Assembly (NCBI GenBank): GCA_041946805.1
Contig: JBHGBC010000007.1
Span: forward strand, 18,723-82,722
DNA length: 64,000 bases
Source: a bacterium
GTDB taxonomy: Bacteria > Hinthialibacterota > Hinthialibacteria > Hinthialibacterales > Hinthialibacteraceae
Direction of reading: 5' to 3'
Position 1 is the stretch's first letter. The number at the start of each line of letters is the position of its first letter. The translations under genes and the position numbers were made by a program. The notes beneath the pieces were generated by a model that worked only from the letters and a program-made list of their open reading frames with translations, did no database searches and was not told the origin of the DNA. Positions 47,501 to 56,824 of the stretch are shown piece after piece.

Positions 47501-48108
47501 ATGAAATATTCACGTATATGTTTCCCGGATTGATGATGATGTGGATGATCTTCATCGGGCAGAATATCATGGCCGATGTCTATACGGAGTCGGAGAGGAA
47601 AACCCTGCCGCGGATGCTGGGGACTCCCGTGACTTTAAATCAATTCCTTCTGTCCAAGATCATTCGTTGCGTTCTCGTTTGCTTGATCGCCGAGGGGCTG
47701 CTGATTGTCTTCACCGCGGTGGTTTTTCGCGTGCGCTGGGGCAATCCCTTTTGGTTGATCCTGGTAATCGGGGCGGCCAATCTCTCGATTACCGGGCTTC
47801 TGGCGGCCGTGTACGGCCGGGCGAAAACCAAAACCCTGGCGGACGCCATCACCGTGGTGGTGGCTTTGCTGACCTCCATCGTGGGGGGAGGCATGATACC
47901 CTACGACGAGATGCCCACCTTCATGAAGACCATCGGAGCGTGGAGCTTTGTCCACTGGAGCGTGCAGGGGATTCAATCGGTCATGAACGCCCGGCCGCTG
48001 GGGGAGACCGCCGTGCCGGTGATGAAGTTGTTGCTCTTCGGCGCGGTGAGCATCTCCTTGGGAATTTATTGGATGAAACACCGCTTTCAGGCAGGCCGTG
48101 TCTCATGA
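47497..48108 (+). CDS. ABC-2 permease, C-terminal TM half
   Basis: 'YMFPG', 'ESERKTLPRMLGTPV..FLLSK', 'GGGMIPYDEMP'; own GGAGG RBS and ATGA overlap. Confidence 0.8.
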   Translation: MNEIFTYMFPGLMMMWMIFIGQNIMADVYTESERKTLPRMLGTPVTLNQFLLSKIIRCVLVCLIAEGLLIVFTAVVFRVRWGNPFWLILVIGAANLSITGLLAAVYGRAKTKTLADAITVVVALLTSIVGGGMIPYDEMPTFMKTIGAWSFVHWSVQGIQSVMNARPLGETAVPVMKLLLFGAVSISLGIYWMKHRFQAGRVS

Positions 48109-49250
48109 ATATTCTCCGCATAGCCCTGTGCGACATGCGCCGGGTCCTCAAGGACCGGCAGATCCTCTTCTGGTGGGTGGCCATGCCCATGGGATTCGTA
48201 TTGCTGTTCGGTTCGCTGGGTGGCAATCCCATGCAGCGGCAAGTCTGGATTCCTGTAGTGAACCGGGACGATCATGAATTGTCACGGATTTTCTGTGAGC
48301 AACTCCAGGCGGCAGGTTTCAACGTGGACATCCGTTCCGCCACGGACGAGGCCTACGTGAAAAACTGGTCCCGCGCCATTGTCATACCGGCTGCCTTTTC
48401 GGCGGATGTCCTGAGCGGGACGCCGGCGGGTTTCACGTTCCTGAGGGGCCAGGGGGACATGGAGCAAACCCTCACGGCTCAGGCGCGGGTGCTGCACACC
48501 ATTGTCAAATTTACGGGCGCGATGGCCGCGGCGGACGTTATTCGCAACAAATGGAACGAAGCCACGAAGGAGAAACTCCTGGCTGAATTGAGCAAGCCCC
48601 AGTTGCTGTCCGTGGAGACGCCGAGTCACCCGTCCTTGCGTCCCCCGCCTTCCGGCCGGGCTTTTACCTTGCCGGCCTATCTGATCATGTTCGTCCTCGT
48701 GAATACCCTCATGTTCGGGGGAGTGACGCTGGTTAATGAGCGCGCCCAGAAGCAGCTGATCCGGCTGATGGCCTCTCCCACCCGCGCCGTGGATATTTTC
48801 TTGGGCAAGATTCTAGGCCGCATGCTGCAACCTATGCTGCAGATTTTGATCTTGCTGCTGCTCGGCAATTTCCTCATGCATGTCTCCCTGGGGGATCATC
48901 CCCTGACTCTCTTGCCCGTCATTTTGTGTTTCGCCCTATGCTGCGGAAGCCTCAGCGTCCTGCTGGGTTCGGTCTGTTCCACCGAGCAACAGATCAGCAG
49001 CATCGGATTGTTGCTGACCATGGTCCTGTCGGCTTTGGGCGGCTGCTGGTGGCCCATGGAGCTGGTTCCGCCTTTTCTTCAGTCCATCGCGATGTTCACG
49101 CCCACCTTTTGGGGACTGCACGGTTTTCACCAAGTCATGTATTTCGGCAAATCGTTCCCTGACATCCTGATGGATTGCGCCCTTCTGCTGGGATACGCCG
49201 CCGCCTTCATTCTCATCGCCATCCCGCTGTTTCGGTTTGAAAGAAATTGA
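48105..49250 (+). CDS. ABC-2 permease (full length, LnrN-like)
   Basis: 'ERAQKQLIRLMASP..FLGKILG', 'LGGCWWPMELVP'; ATG at 48105 overlaps the upstream stop. Confidence 0.88.
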   Translation: MNILRIALCDMRRVLKDRQILFWWVAMPMGFVLLFGSLGGNPMQRQVWIPVVNRDDHELSRIFCEQLQAAGFNVDIRSATDEAYVKNWSRAIVIPAAFSADVLSGTPAGFTFLRGQGDMEQTLTAQARVLHTIVKFTGAMAAADVIRNKWNEATKEKLLAELSKPQLLSVETPSHPSLRPPPSGRAFTLPAYLIMFVLVNTLMFGGVTLVNERAQKQLIRLMASPTRAVDIFLGKILGRMLQPMLQILILLLLGNFLMHVSLGDHPLTLLPVILCFALCCGSLSVLLGSVCSTEQQISSIGLLLTMVLSALGGCWWPMELVPPFLQSIAMFTPTFWGLHGFHQVMYFGKSFPDILMDCALLLGYAAAFILIAIPLFRFERN

Positions 49251-49457
49251 GGTTCATCCGGCAGGAGTTTACTATTTTACCCGGCCGCCGGCACGCGTTG
49301 CCTCGCACTGACCGGCGAAAACCTCCGCCAAACTGCCCTCTCCCTCTGGGAGAGGGCCAGGGTGAGGGCATCTGGTCAGGAGAGTACCTTTGGATTCGTT
49401 GCCTCATTCAAGTGATGATGCCTTTATCAGGCTCGCGCGCGCATTACCGGATGATCC
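49251..49457 (+). mobile_element. Degenerate ~207-bp TIR/REP element
   Basis: GGTTCATCCGGCAGG.. begins right after the permease stop; REP 49336-49368; right end ..GCGCATTACCGGATGATCC. Confidence 0.6.
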
Positions 49458-49484
49458 CGAGGCGATGAGAATAGCCCCGCCATC

Positions 49485-50759
49485 ATGACCGGAATCCACT
49501 CGATTCCCATAATCGCTTTCGCCGGCCTGCTTGGAATTCTGGCGTGCAGTCCCCCGAATCCTGAGCAAGGTGGAGTCCCCCATTCCTTGTCCACTGGGGA
49601 AGAAGAAATCCCCTTGGAGCCGATGGAGGCGGTTCCCGCGATCGACCCCGCCGTCAAACAACAACTCGAGGCCATTGGCTACACGGCCTCCGCGCATCCC
49701 GCCCCGCCCCAAGCCAATGTTACAATTTACGACCCCGCACGGGCCGGGAATGGATTGAACCTCTACGCCTCCTGGCACGCCCCGGAAGCGATGCTCATGG
49801 ACATGCGCGGCCGGGTGCTGCACACCTGGCGGTACGCGTTCGAGGAGGTCTGGCCCGCGCCTGAAAGCCGCGCCGAGATCGACCATCCCGATTTCTGGCG
49901 GCGCGCGCGCCTGCTCGGGAACGGGCATCTGCTGGCCATTTACGAAGGTTACGGCTTGATCCGAGTGGACGCCGCGTCACGTATCGTCTGGGTTTATCCC
50001 GGAAAATGCCATCATGACCTGGACGTGACGGGGGAAGGGAAGATCTACGTGCTCACCCGCGAAGCCAAGCTGTTGCCACAAATCCATCCCAGCGAGCCGG
50101 TTTTGGAGGACGGCATCGCGGTTTTGGATTTGGACGGGCGGGAACTCGCGAAGTACTCCATCCTCGAATGCTTCGAAAATTCGAATTACGCGCCTCTGCT
50201 GCGCAATCTGCCTAGGCGGGAAGGGGATATATTCCATACCAACACCATCCGGGTATTCGATGGGACTTTGGTGCACCGGTCGTCCTTGTTCAAAAAAGGC
50301 AATGTGCTGATTTCCATCCTGCATACCGATACCATCGCCATTCTGGATCTGGAAAAGCGAAGCGTGCTGTGGGCGCTTTCGGGGATGTGGGATGCGCAGC
50401 ACGATCCTTCGCTGCTGCCCAACGGCCGCATGTTGATTCTGGATAACCTGGGCAATGGGGGCCAATCGCGCGTGCTGGAGTTCGATCCCTTCACCCAGGC
50501 GGTGGTATGGATGTACACGGGCGAGCCGGACAAGCCTTTTTTCACCCAAGGCTGCGGGACCTGCGCGCGGCTGCCCAACGGCAACACCTTGATCACCGAG
50601 ACCGATTTCGGCCGGGCCTTCGAGGTGACGCCGGATCGAACCATCGTGTGGGAATTCATCAATCCCCACCGGGCCGGGCCCAACCAGGATCAAATCGCCA
50701 AGATCGCCGAAATGATCCGCCTGGATTCATCCACCTCCTTGGATTGGATACCCAGGTAG
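49485..50759 (+). CDS. Arylsulfotransferase (ASST)-family lipoprotein
   Basis: Lipobox-like 'ILAC'; 'HHD', 'DIFHTN', 'QHDP', 'RLPNGNTLITE..GRAFEVT..IVWEF'. Confidence 0.8.
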   Translation: MTGIHSIPIIAFAGLLGILACSPPNPEQGGVPHSLSTGEEEIPLEPMEAVPAIDPAVKQQLEAIGYTASAHPAPPQANVTIYDPARAGNGLNLYASWHAPEAMLMDMRGRVLHTWRYAFEEVWPAPESRAEIDHPDFWRRARLLGNGHLLAIYEGYGLIRVDAASRIVWVYPGKCHHDLDVTGEGKIYVLTREAKLLPQIHPSEPVLEDGIAVLDLDGRELAKYSILECFENSNYAPLLRNLPRREGDIFHTNTIRVFDGTLVHRSSLFKKGNVLISILHTDTIAILDLEKRSVLWALSGMWDAQHDPSLLPNGRMLILDNLGNGGQSRVLEFDPFTQAVVWMYTGEPDKPFFTQGCGTCARLPNGNTLITETDFGRAFEVTPDRTIVWEFINPHRAGPNQDQIAKIAEMIRLDSSTSLDWIPR

Positions 50760-50766
50760 GCTCGAT

Positions 50767-52725
50767 TTACTTCAATTCACCGGTGACGGATTCAATCTCC
50801 GCTTGACCGGCCGGGAGTGCGTTCGCGGAAGGCGTTTCGGTGGGGACCGTCCCTTCCGGTTCCGGCCCGATGATTTGGATGGATTGAAATTCGGCCCGCG
50901 TGTTCCAAGTTCCCACGCCCAGGCGGCCTTCGAGGGGAAGATCGAGTTGGGTGGTAATCACTTTCCGGCCGTCCACATATCCCTCAAACCGGCTGGTGTC
51001 TGAGTCGATGACCGCGCGGATATCATGCCAGAGGCCATGGATGAACGAATAACGCACCGGTTGATTTTTCATGCCTTGGGGAAATGGATTCAAGCCGCTC
51101 CATAGTTCGATACTGGGGTACTTGTAGTTCCATTCTCCGATATTCCACGAGTGAAATTGATTGAACGACGCGAAGCCGAAGATGATCTGGGCTCTCTCCG
51201 CTCCCCCGCTGGTTTTCACCCGCAGGCGGATCTCGCCGGTTAGCATATAAGGGCTGAAAAGCAACACCGCGGGCTGGACGGCCGTTTCGGTTTGCTCGAA
51301 GGTCTCCCCGTTTTGGAGCCATCCCCCCCGCAACGGCAGGTAATGCTCCTCGGAGCGAAGGGTCAGGGATCCGGTCCAAGGCGTATCTTCCCATTGTTTA
51401 TCCGCGATCATCCGATCTTCCCGGAGGGTGATGGGAGGGCCGGGCATGATGCCACCCGGTCCGCGCGGTCCGCCCGGTCCGCCAAAGCCATACCCGCCCA
51501 TCCCCATCATCCCCATCCCGCCGATGAATCCTCCAGGACCATTGGGTGGATAAATCTTCGAAGGAGTAATCCGGGGGATCGTCGATAGGGTCACGGTCCG
51601 GGACTCCGGCGCGCCGCTCCGGGTAATGGTGAGAGTGATCGTGGAGCGGCCTTCTCCGGAGGCAAGCGCAAGGGCCTTTTCAATGAGGGAGCGGTATTGT
51701 GAGGGATCATCCAGCGGGATGCCTTCCACGGCGGTGATGAGGTCATCGCTTTGCAGGCCGGCCACAAACGCGGGTGAATTGTACACGACGGCATGGATGG
51801 GGATTCCGGGCCGGCCGGTTGATTCCCACACCACGCGGATTCCCAACTTGTTGAAGAATTCCTTCGGGTTCGTGAGGGTAGCGGGATAGACCGGGCCGGA
51901 AGAACCCGTTCCCGTGACGCGGATGGACTTGAAACTGGCGTGGGTCAACCATGTTCCGATACCCAACCGCCCCTCGAAGGTATCGGGAATTACGCATTCC
52001 AGGATTTGTGCGCCGTCAACATACCCTTCCACCCGTTTCTCGCTGGAATCGAGCACCAGACGGATGTCGTGCCATTGCCCGTGGGATAGTTGGAAGGGTA
52101 CGCGCGGCGTGATTTCCTCCAAGATCCGTTCGTGCAAGTGAGACCATTTTTCCACCATGCTGCACGTGTTGTCCCACCCGCCGAGGTTCCATACGAAATA
52201 CCGAGTGGGGGAATTATACCCGAAGACTACCCGCACGCCTTCCTGCCCGGCGTCCGGCCGCGCTTGGAAGTGGATCTCTCCATTGGCCATCACCGGGCTG
52301 AAGAGCAGGATCGTTTGCGTGAAGCCAGGATTCGCCTGCTCGATCTCCCCGTTCTTCCAGTTCCAGTGTCCCCGGAGGGGAAGCACCTGGTTGGGTGTCT
52401 CGATGTCCAGCGGACCCGCGATCAGGTTGGAAAGCCATCCTTGATCCCGGAGGGCTTGTTCTTCCTCACCCTGGGGCACATGCTTGCCCAGGGAGTATCC
52501 CATTCCCTCGTCGATATACAGCCAGCCATCGTTTTCCGATTCAGCCCCGGTGTCTCCGGGATTGGGGGATGCAGCCGCGGTTGGGGTGGAACTATCCACT
52601 TCGGCGGGACTGTTCAGACCGGTTCCCATGAAACCCAAGAGAAAAGGGATCAGAAGAAAAACCGGAACGGTCCAGTAAGTGGCGTCATGGAACGTGCGTT
52701 GGAAATGGGGTGTGGACTTCGGCAT
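50767..52725 (-). CDS. Exported protein with two concanavalin/DUF1080-like domains flanking a PDZ domain
   Basis: Duplicated 'LPLRG.W...QT..LLFSP...GEI...WHDIR...EGYVDG...EGRLG.GTW'; central 'NSPAFVAGLQSDDLITAVEG' PDZ. Confidence 0.7.
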   Translation of the reverse strand: MPKSTPHFQRTFHDATYWTVPVFLLIPFLLGFMGTGLNSPAEVDSSTPTAAASPNPGDTGAESENDGWLYIDEGMGYSLGKHVPQGEEEQALRDQGWLSNLIAGPLDIETPNQVLPLRGHWNWKNGEIEQANPGFTQTILLFSPVMANGEIHFQARPDAGQEGVRVVFGYNSPTRYFVWNLGGWDNTCSMVEKWSHLHERILEEITPRVPFQLSHGQWHDIRLVLDSSEKRVEGYVDGAQILECVIPDTFEGRLGIGTWLTHASFKSIRVTGTGSSGPVYPATLTNPKEFFNKLGIRVVWESTGRPGIPIHAVVYNSPAFVAGLQSDDLITAVEGIPLDDPSQYRSLIEKALALASGEGRSTITLTITRSGAPESRTVTLSTIPRITPSKIYPPNGPGGFIGGMGMMGMGGYGFGGPGGPRGPGGIMPGPPITLREDRMIADKQWEDTPWTGSLTLRSEEHYLPLRGGWLQNGETFEQTETAVQPAVLLFSPYMLTGEIRLRVKTSGGAERAQIIFGFASFNQFHSWNIGEWNYKYPSIELWSGLNPFPQGMKNQPVRYSFIHGLWHDIRAVIDSDTSRFEGYVDGRKVITTQLDLPLEGRLGVGTWNTRAEFQSIQIIGPEPEGTVPTETPSANALPAGQAEIESVTGELK

Positions 52726-52973
52726 GGTTCGCCAGGCTCCCCTGTGTTCTCGATCAGTTTTTCCAGTTTAAAGAGACTTCTACGCACGGCCGGATTCAGC
52801 TCATTTCCGTCTGCCGATCTTTTACACGGTCTCCCGATCAAAGAGTAACACAATTGCGCTTGCCGCAACAACCGGATCGAGGAGCCGCCTGCCGTTTGAG
52901 CAGTGGCCGATCTTTGGAATTAAGAGCCCGCTTTTCTTTTCAGGCCGCTTGAATTCCCGTATTCTATTTTTTA

Positions 52974-53174
52974 GGCTCATCCGGCAAGTGCGTACTTTTT
53001 TCAGATGGTCTGTTTGCGTCTTTTCGAAGAGATCGAAGATAACTACCCCCATAAAATTCCCTCTCCCTCTGGGAGAGGGCCAGGGCGAGGGAATCTTTTT
53101 TGGGGCGGATCCGGGTGTCCACCCTCAACCAGGAGCGAATTTACTTCATCAGGTACGCACTTCGCGGATGAACC
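52974..53174 (+). mobile_element. 201-bp MITE-like element with TIRs and internal REPs
   Basis: GGCTCATCCGGCAAGTGCGTAC ... GTACGCACTTCGCGGATGAACC; REP 53059-53092; GGGGCGGATCCGGGTGTCCACCC. Confidence 0.75.
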
Positions 53175-53230
53175 AATAACCGGTAAAGCGGTAAAAAATC
53201 ACCGCCATAGAATACTCAAGGGAGAAAACC

Positions 53231-54178
53231 ATGTCATTCAGAATATCCTGCATGCCCACAGTTCTTTGTTTGTTGATGCTGGCCGGATGCGGTTCCCCGG
53301 TCAGCGATGAGACGCAATCCGCGGCCCCGGCGAAGAGCCGCGTGATCGGCGTCAGCTTCCAGTCCATGAACAATCCCTTCTTCGTGGACCTGAATGAGGG
53401 CCTCCAGGAGGTGATCGAGGCCCACGGCGACAAACTGGTCACCCTCGATGCGCAATGGAACAGCATGAAGCAGATGAACGATCTCTCCGACCTGATACTC
53501 CAAGGCGCGGCGTGCGTGTTCGTCAATCCCGTCAATTGGGAAGGGATCCGGGGCAGTCTGGAAAAAGCCAAGCAGAACAACGTGCCGGTCATCGTGGTGG
53601 ACGCGCCCGTCCGCGACCAGGAACTGATCCTCAGCACCGTGGCTTCGGACAACGTGGAGGCCGGCCGCCTGGCCGCCAAGGCGATGGCCGAAGCCGTCCG
53701 GCCCGCCAAAATCGGCATCCTGGCCCTGTCGATCAACAAGGCCTGCATCGACCGGGTGGCGGGATTCAAGGAAGTGATTGCCCAGTATCCGGACATGATC
53801 ATCGTGGATGAGCAGGAGGTGAAGGGCACCACGGAAAGTTCCCGCCCGGTCATGCGCGACATGATCGGCCGCCATCCGGAGATCAACGCTCTGTTCGCCA
53901 TCAACGATCCCACCGCCCTGGGCGCGATATCCGCCCTGGAATCCGCGGGCCAGCTCAAGGGAGTGAAGATATGCTCGGTGGATGGCGCGCCGGAAGCGGT
54001 GCAAGCCATCCGGGAGGGCCAACTGCTCGCCACCTCAGCCCAGTTCCCTTATGAAATGGGTAAAGCCTCCGCCCAGCTGTTTTACGATCATTTGGAGGGA
54101 AAGACCGTCGAAAAGGATTTGAAAATCCGGGTGGAACTGATCACCGCCGCCAACGCGGAGCAATTTTTGAAGAAATAA
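53231..54178 (+). CDS. Sugar ABC transporter substrate-binding lipoprotein (RbsB-like)
   Basis: 'LAGC' lipobox; 'NNPFF', 'VASDNVEAG', 'FAINDPTALGA', 'SVDG', 'AQFP'. Confidence 0.9.
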   Translation: MSFRISCMPTVLCLLMLAGCGSPVSDETQSAAPAKSRVIGVSFQSMNNPFFVDLNEGLQEVIEAHGDKLVTLDAQWNSMKQMNDLSDLILQGAACVFVNPVNWEGIRGSLEKAKQNNVPVIVVDAPVRDQELILSTVASDNVEAGRLAAKAMAEAVRPAKIGILALSINKACIDRVAGFKEVIAQYPDMIIVDEQEVKGTTESSRPVMRDMIGRHPEINALFAINDPTALGAISALESAGQLKGVKICSVDGAPEAVQAIREGQLLATSAQFPYEMGKASAQLFYDHLEGKTVEKDLKIRVELITAANAEQFLKK

Positions 54179-54188
54179 ACTTGAATCC

Positions 54189-55724
54189 ATGAATACCCAC
54201 TCAGCCTTGTCTTCGGCGCGGTCCATTCCCTTGCTGGAATTGAAGGGAATCACCAAGCGCTTCGGCGGCGTTACCGCTCTCGACCACGTGGATTTTGAAC
54301 TGTGGGCGGGCGAAATCCATGCGCTGCTGGGTGAAAACGGCGCGGGGAAATCCACTCTCATCAAAATCCTGGCGGGCATCTATCACCCGGATGAGGGCAC
54401 CGTTTGGATCGACGGCCGGCCGGTGACCATCGCCGAAGTGGCCAGAGCCGACCGCCTGGGCATCCGCGTGATCCACCAGGAGCTCTCGCTGGCGCCCAAT
54501 CTCTCCATCGCTGAGAATCTTTTCCTGGGCCGCGAACCCACCCGTTGGGGCTGGCTCGACCGCCGCGCCATGGAAGAACAGGCCGCGCAATGGATTGTCG
54601 AGTTGGGTTTGGACAGCATTCAGGATGTCCGGATCCGGGTGCGGGACCTGAACGTGGCGCGCCGCCAGATGGTGGAGATCGCCCGCGCCCTGTCCCGGCA
54701 GGCGCGTATCCTTATCCTCGACGAACCGACCTCCTCGCTGGCCGAAGCCGAGACGGAGGCGTTGTTTACGGTCTTGCGGCGATTGCGCGGCCAGGGCGTG
54801 GGGATCATCTATATTTCTCACCGGCTGGAAGAAATCATCCGCCTGGCCGACCGCATCACCGTGTTGCGCGACGGCTGCTCCATGGGAACCCAGCCGGTCT
54901 CCAACTTCGACCAGAAAGAGCTCATCCGGTGGATGGTGGGCCGGGAGATTATTGACCGCTTCCATCGTCCGGCCTGGAATCCCGGCGCGGTGGCCTTGGA
55001 AGTGCGGAATCTGCGGAATCCCAAAATCCGGGATGTCAGTTTTGAATTGCGGTATGGCGAAATCCTGGGTTTGGCGGGCCTGGTGGGCGCGGGCCGTACT
55101 GAACTGGCGCGCGCCCTCTTCGGCATCGATCCCCGTGACCATGGCGAAATTCTCGTGGACGGCCGCCCCGTGCGTGTGACACATCCCACCGATGCCCTGA
55201 ACGCGGGAATCGTCCTGGTGCCCGAAGAACGGCGGCAGGAAGGGCTGGTCATGATCCAATCGGTGGCCTTCAACATCGCTCTGCCCTGGACGGCCGATTG
55301 GAATCCCTCGTTCCGTCCCGATCTCCGCAAGCGGGACGCGATCGTCCGCCGCGCCCTGGACGCCTTTCATATCAAGGCCACCCATCCCGCGCAATGCGTG
55401 AGCGACCTCTCCGGCGGCAATCAGCAGAAAACCCTGGTGGGCCGCTGGATGGAACACCGGCCCAAGGTTCTCATTCTTGACGAACCCACCCGCGGCGTGG
55501 ATGTCGGCTCGCGCGAGGAGATGTTCCGGATTGTGGGTTCGCTGGTCGAGCAGGGCATGGCGGTTTTGTTGATCTCGTCGGACCTGGTGGAAGTGATGAA
55601 CGTGGCGCACCGCATCGCCCTGTACCGCGACGGGCGGATTTTGCGGATCGTGGACGCGGACCGGATCACCCCGGAAGATCTCATGATGGAACTGACAGGA
55701 GCCCGCGAGCATGAGATTGCTTAA
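54189..55724 (+). CDS. Sugar ABC transporter ATP-binding protein (RbsA-like, two NBDs)
   Basis: 'GENGAGKSTL', 'GLVGAGRTEL', 'LSGGNQQK', 'DEPTRGVDVG'. Confidence 0.93.
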   Translation: MNTHSALSSARSIPLLELKGITKRFGGVTALDHVDFELWAGEIHALLGENGAGKSTLIKILAGIYHPDEGTVWIDGRPVTIAEVARADRLGIRVIHQELSLAPNLSIAENLFLGREPTRWGWLDRRAMEEQAAQWIVELGLDSIQDVRIRVRDLNVARRQMVEIARALSRQARILILDEPTSSLAEAETEALFTVLRRLRGQGVGIIYISHRLEEIIRLADRITVLRDGCSMGTQPVSNFDQKELIRWMVGREIIDRFHRPAWNPGAVALEVRNLRNPKIRDVSFELRYGEILGLAGLVGAGRTELARALFGIDPRDHGEILVDGRPVRVTHPTDALNAGIVLVPEERRQEGLVMIQSVAFNIALPWTADWNPSFRPDLRKRDAIVRRALDAFHIKATHPAQCVSDLSGGNQQKTLVGRWMEHRPKVLILDEPTRGVDVGSREEMFRIVGSLVEQGMAVLLISSDLVEVMNVAHRIALYRDGRILRIVDADRITPEDLMMELTGAREHEIA

Positions 55725-56661
55725 GGAAATCGGTCCGCTGCTGGCGGCCATGGCCTTATTGCTGGTATTGTTCGGCCTGTGGGCGCCGGTCTTTTTGACC
55801 CTGCCCAACCTGATCGATCTGCTCCAGCAAGTGACCGTCAACGCCATCCTGGCTTTCGGCATGACGTTTACCATCCTGATCGGGGGGATCGATCTCTCGG
55901 TGGGGGCGGTGCTGGCGCTGGTGGGGACCACCACGGTGTATGTGTTGACGTTGGGCGCGCCGGAATCTCCTCCATTGGTCTGGCTGGGTCTGGCCGGTTT
56001 GGCGGGCCTGACGGTATCCGCCGTTTTTGGATTCTTCAACGGCCTGTGCGCCGCCCAGACCAAGATGCCGGCCTTCATCATCACCCTGGCCACGATGCTC
56101 ATCGCCCGGGGCGGGGCGTATTGCTTCAACCAGGCCCGGCCCATCCGCGTGCCCACGCACCAGGAAGCCTTTCTGGCGCTGGGGAACGGACGGCTGTCCG
56201 GCGTGATCCCCGTACCGGTGATCGTCATGCTCCTGCTCTTCGCGGCGTCGTCGGTATTACTTCACCGCACGCGATTCGGCCAGCATCTCTATGCCATCGG
56301 CGGCAACCGCGAGGCCGCCCGGTTCACCGGCATCCGCCTGGCCCGCTGCGAGATCGCGGTGTACGTGATCTGTTCGATGCTGACCGGCGTGGCCGGGATG
56401 ATCCACACCTCCCAACTCTATTCCGCCGAGCCGGCGTCGGGCATCGGCTTTGAGTTGAACGCCATCGCCGCCGCCGTGGTGGGGGGAACCAGTTTCACCG
56501 GGGGCGTGGGGACGCTCCACGGCACGCTGATCGGGGCCATCATCATCGGCATCCTTGACAAGGGATTGAACCAGGCGGGAGTGCATTTTTCATTGCAATA
56601 CATCGTCAAAGGATTCGTGGTGCTGGCGGCGGTGTACCTCGATGTACGCCGGAGAACCTGA
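55711..56661 (+). CDS. Sugar ABC transporter permease (RbsC-like)
   Basis: 'GGIDLSVG', 'YAIGGNREAARFTGI', 'ELNAIAAAVVGGTSFTGG'. Confidence 0.93.
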   Translation: MRLLKEIGPLLAAMALLLVLFGLWAPVFLTLPNLIDLLQQVTVNAILAFGMTFTILIGGIDLSVGAVLALVGTTTVYVLTLGAPESPPLVWLGLAGLAGLTVSAVFGFFNGLCAAQTKMPAFIITLATMLIARGGAYCFNQARPIRVPTHQEAFLALGNGRLSGVIPVPVIVMLLLFAASSVLLHRTRFGQHLYAIGGNREAARFTGIRLARCEIAVYVICSMLTGVAGMIHTSQLYSAEPASGIGFELNAIAAAVVGGTSFTGGVGTLHGTLIGAIIIGILDKGLNQAGVHFSLQYIVKGFVVLAAVYLDVRRRT

Positions 56662-56824
56662 ATCGGACGGTTTCCCCGGCAAAAGGATGGCCTTGATCCT
56701 GTTACAGTGCGGGAAGGCAGAACTGGGGCCGATCAAGCCTGTCTAGTAAAGTAAAAAGCGATCGAGGAAATGGAGTTAACCATCTCGCGGATTGCGATTG
56801 CCCGATACCGAAACACTCCACTAT

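Noticed and set aside
47541..48104. N-terminal part of the 569-aa ORF
   Set aside because: Overlaps the real 47497-48108 gene in another frame; the true start is ATG 48105
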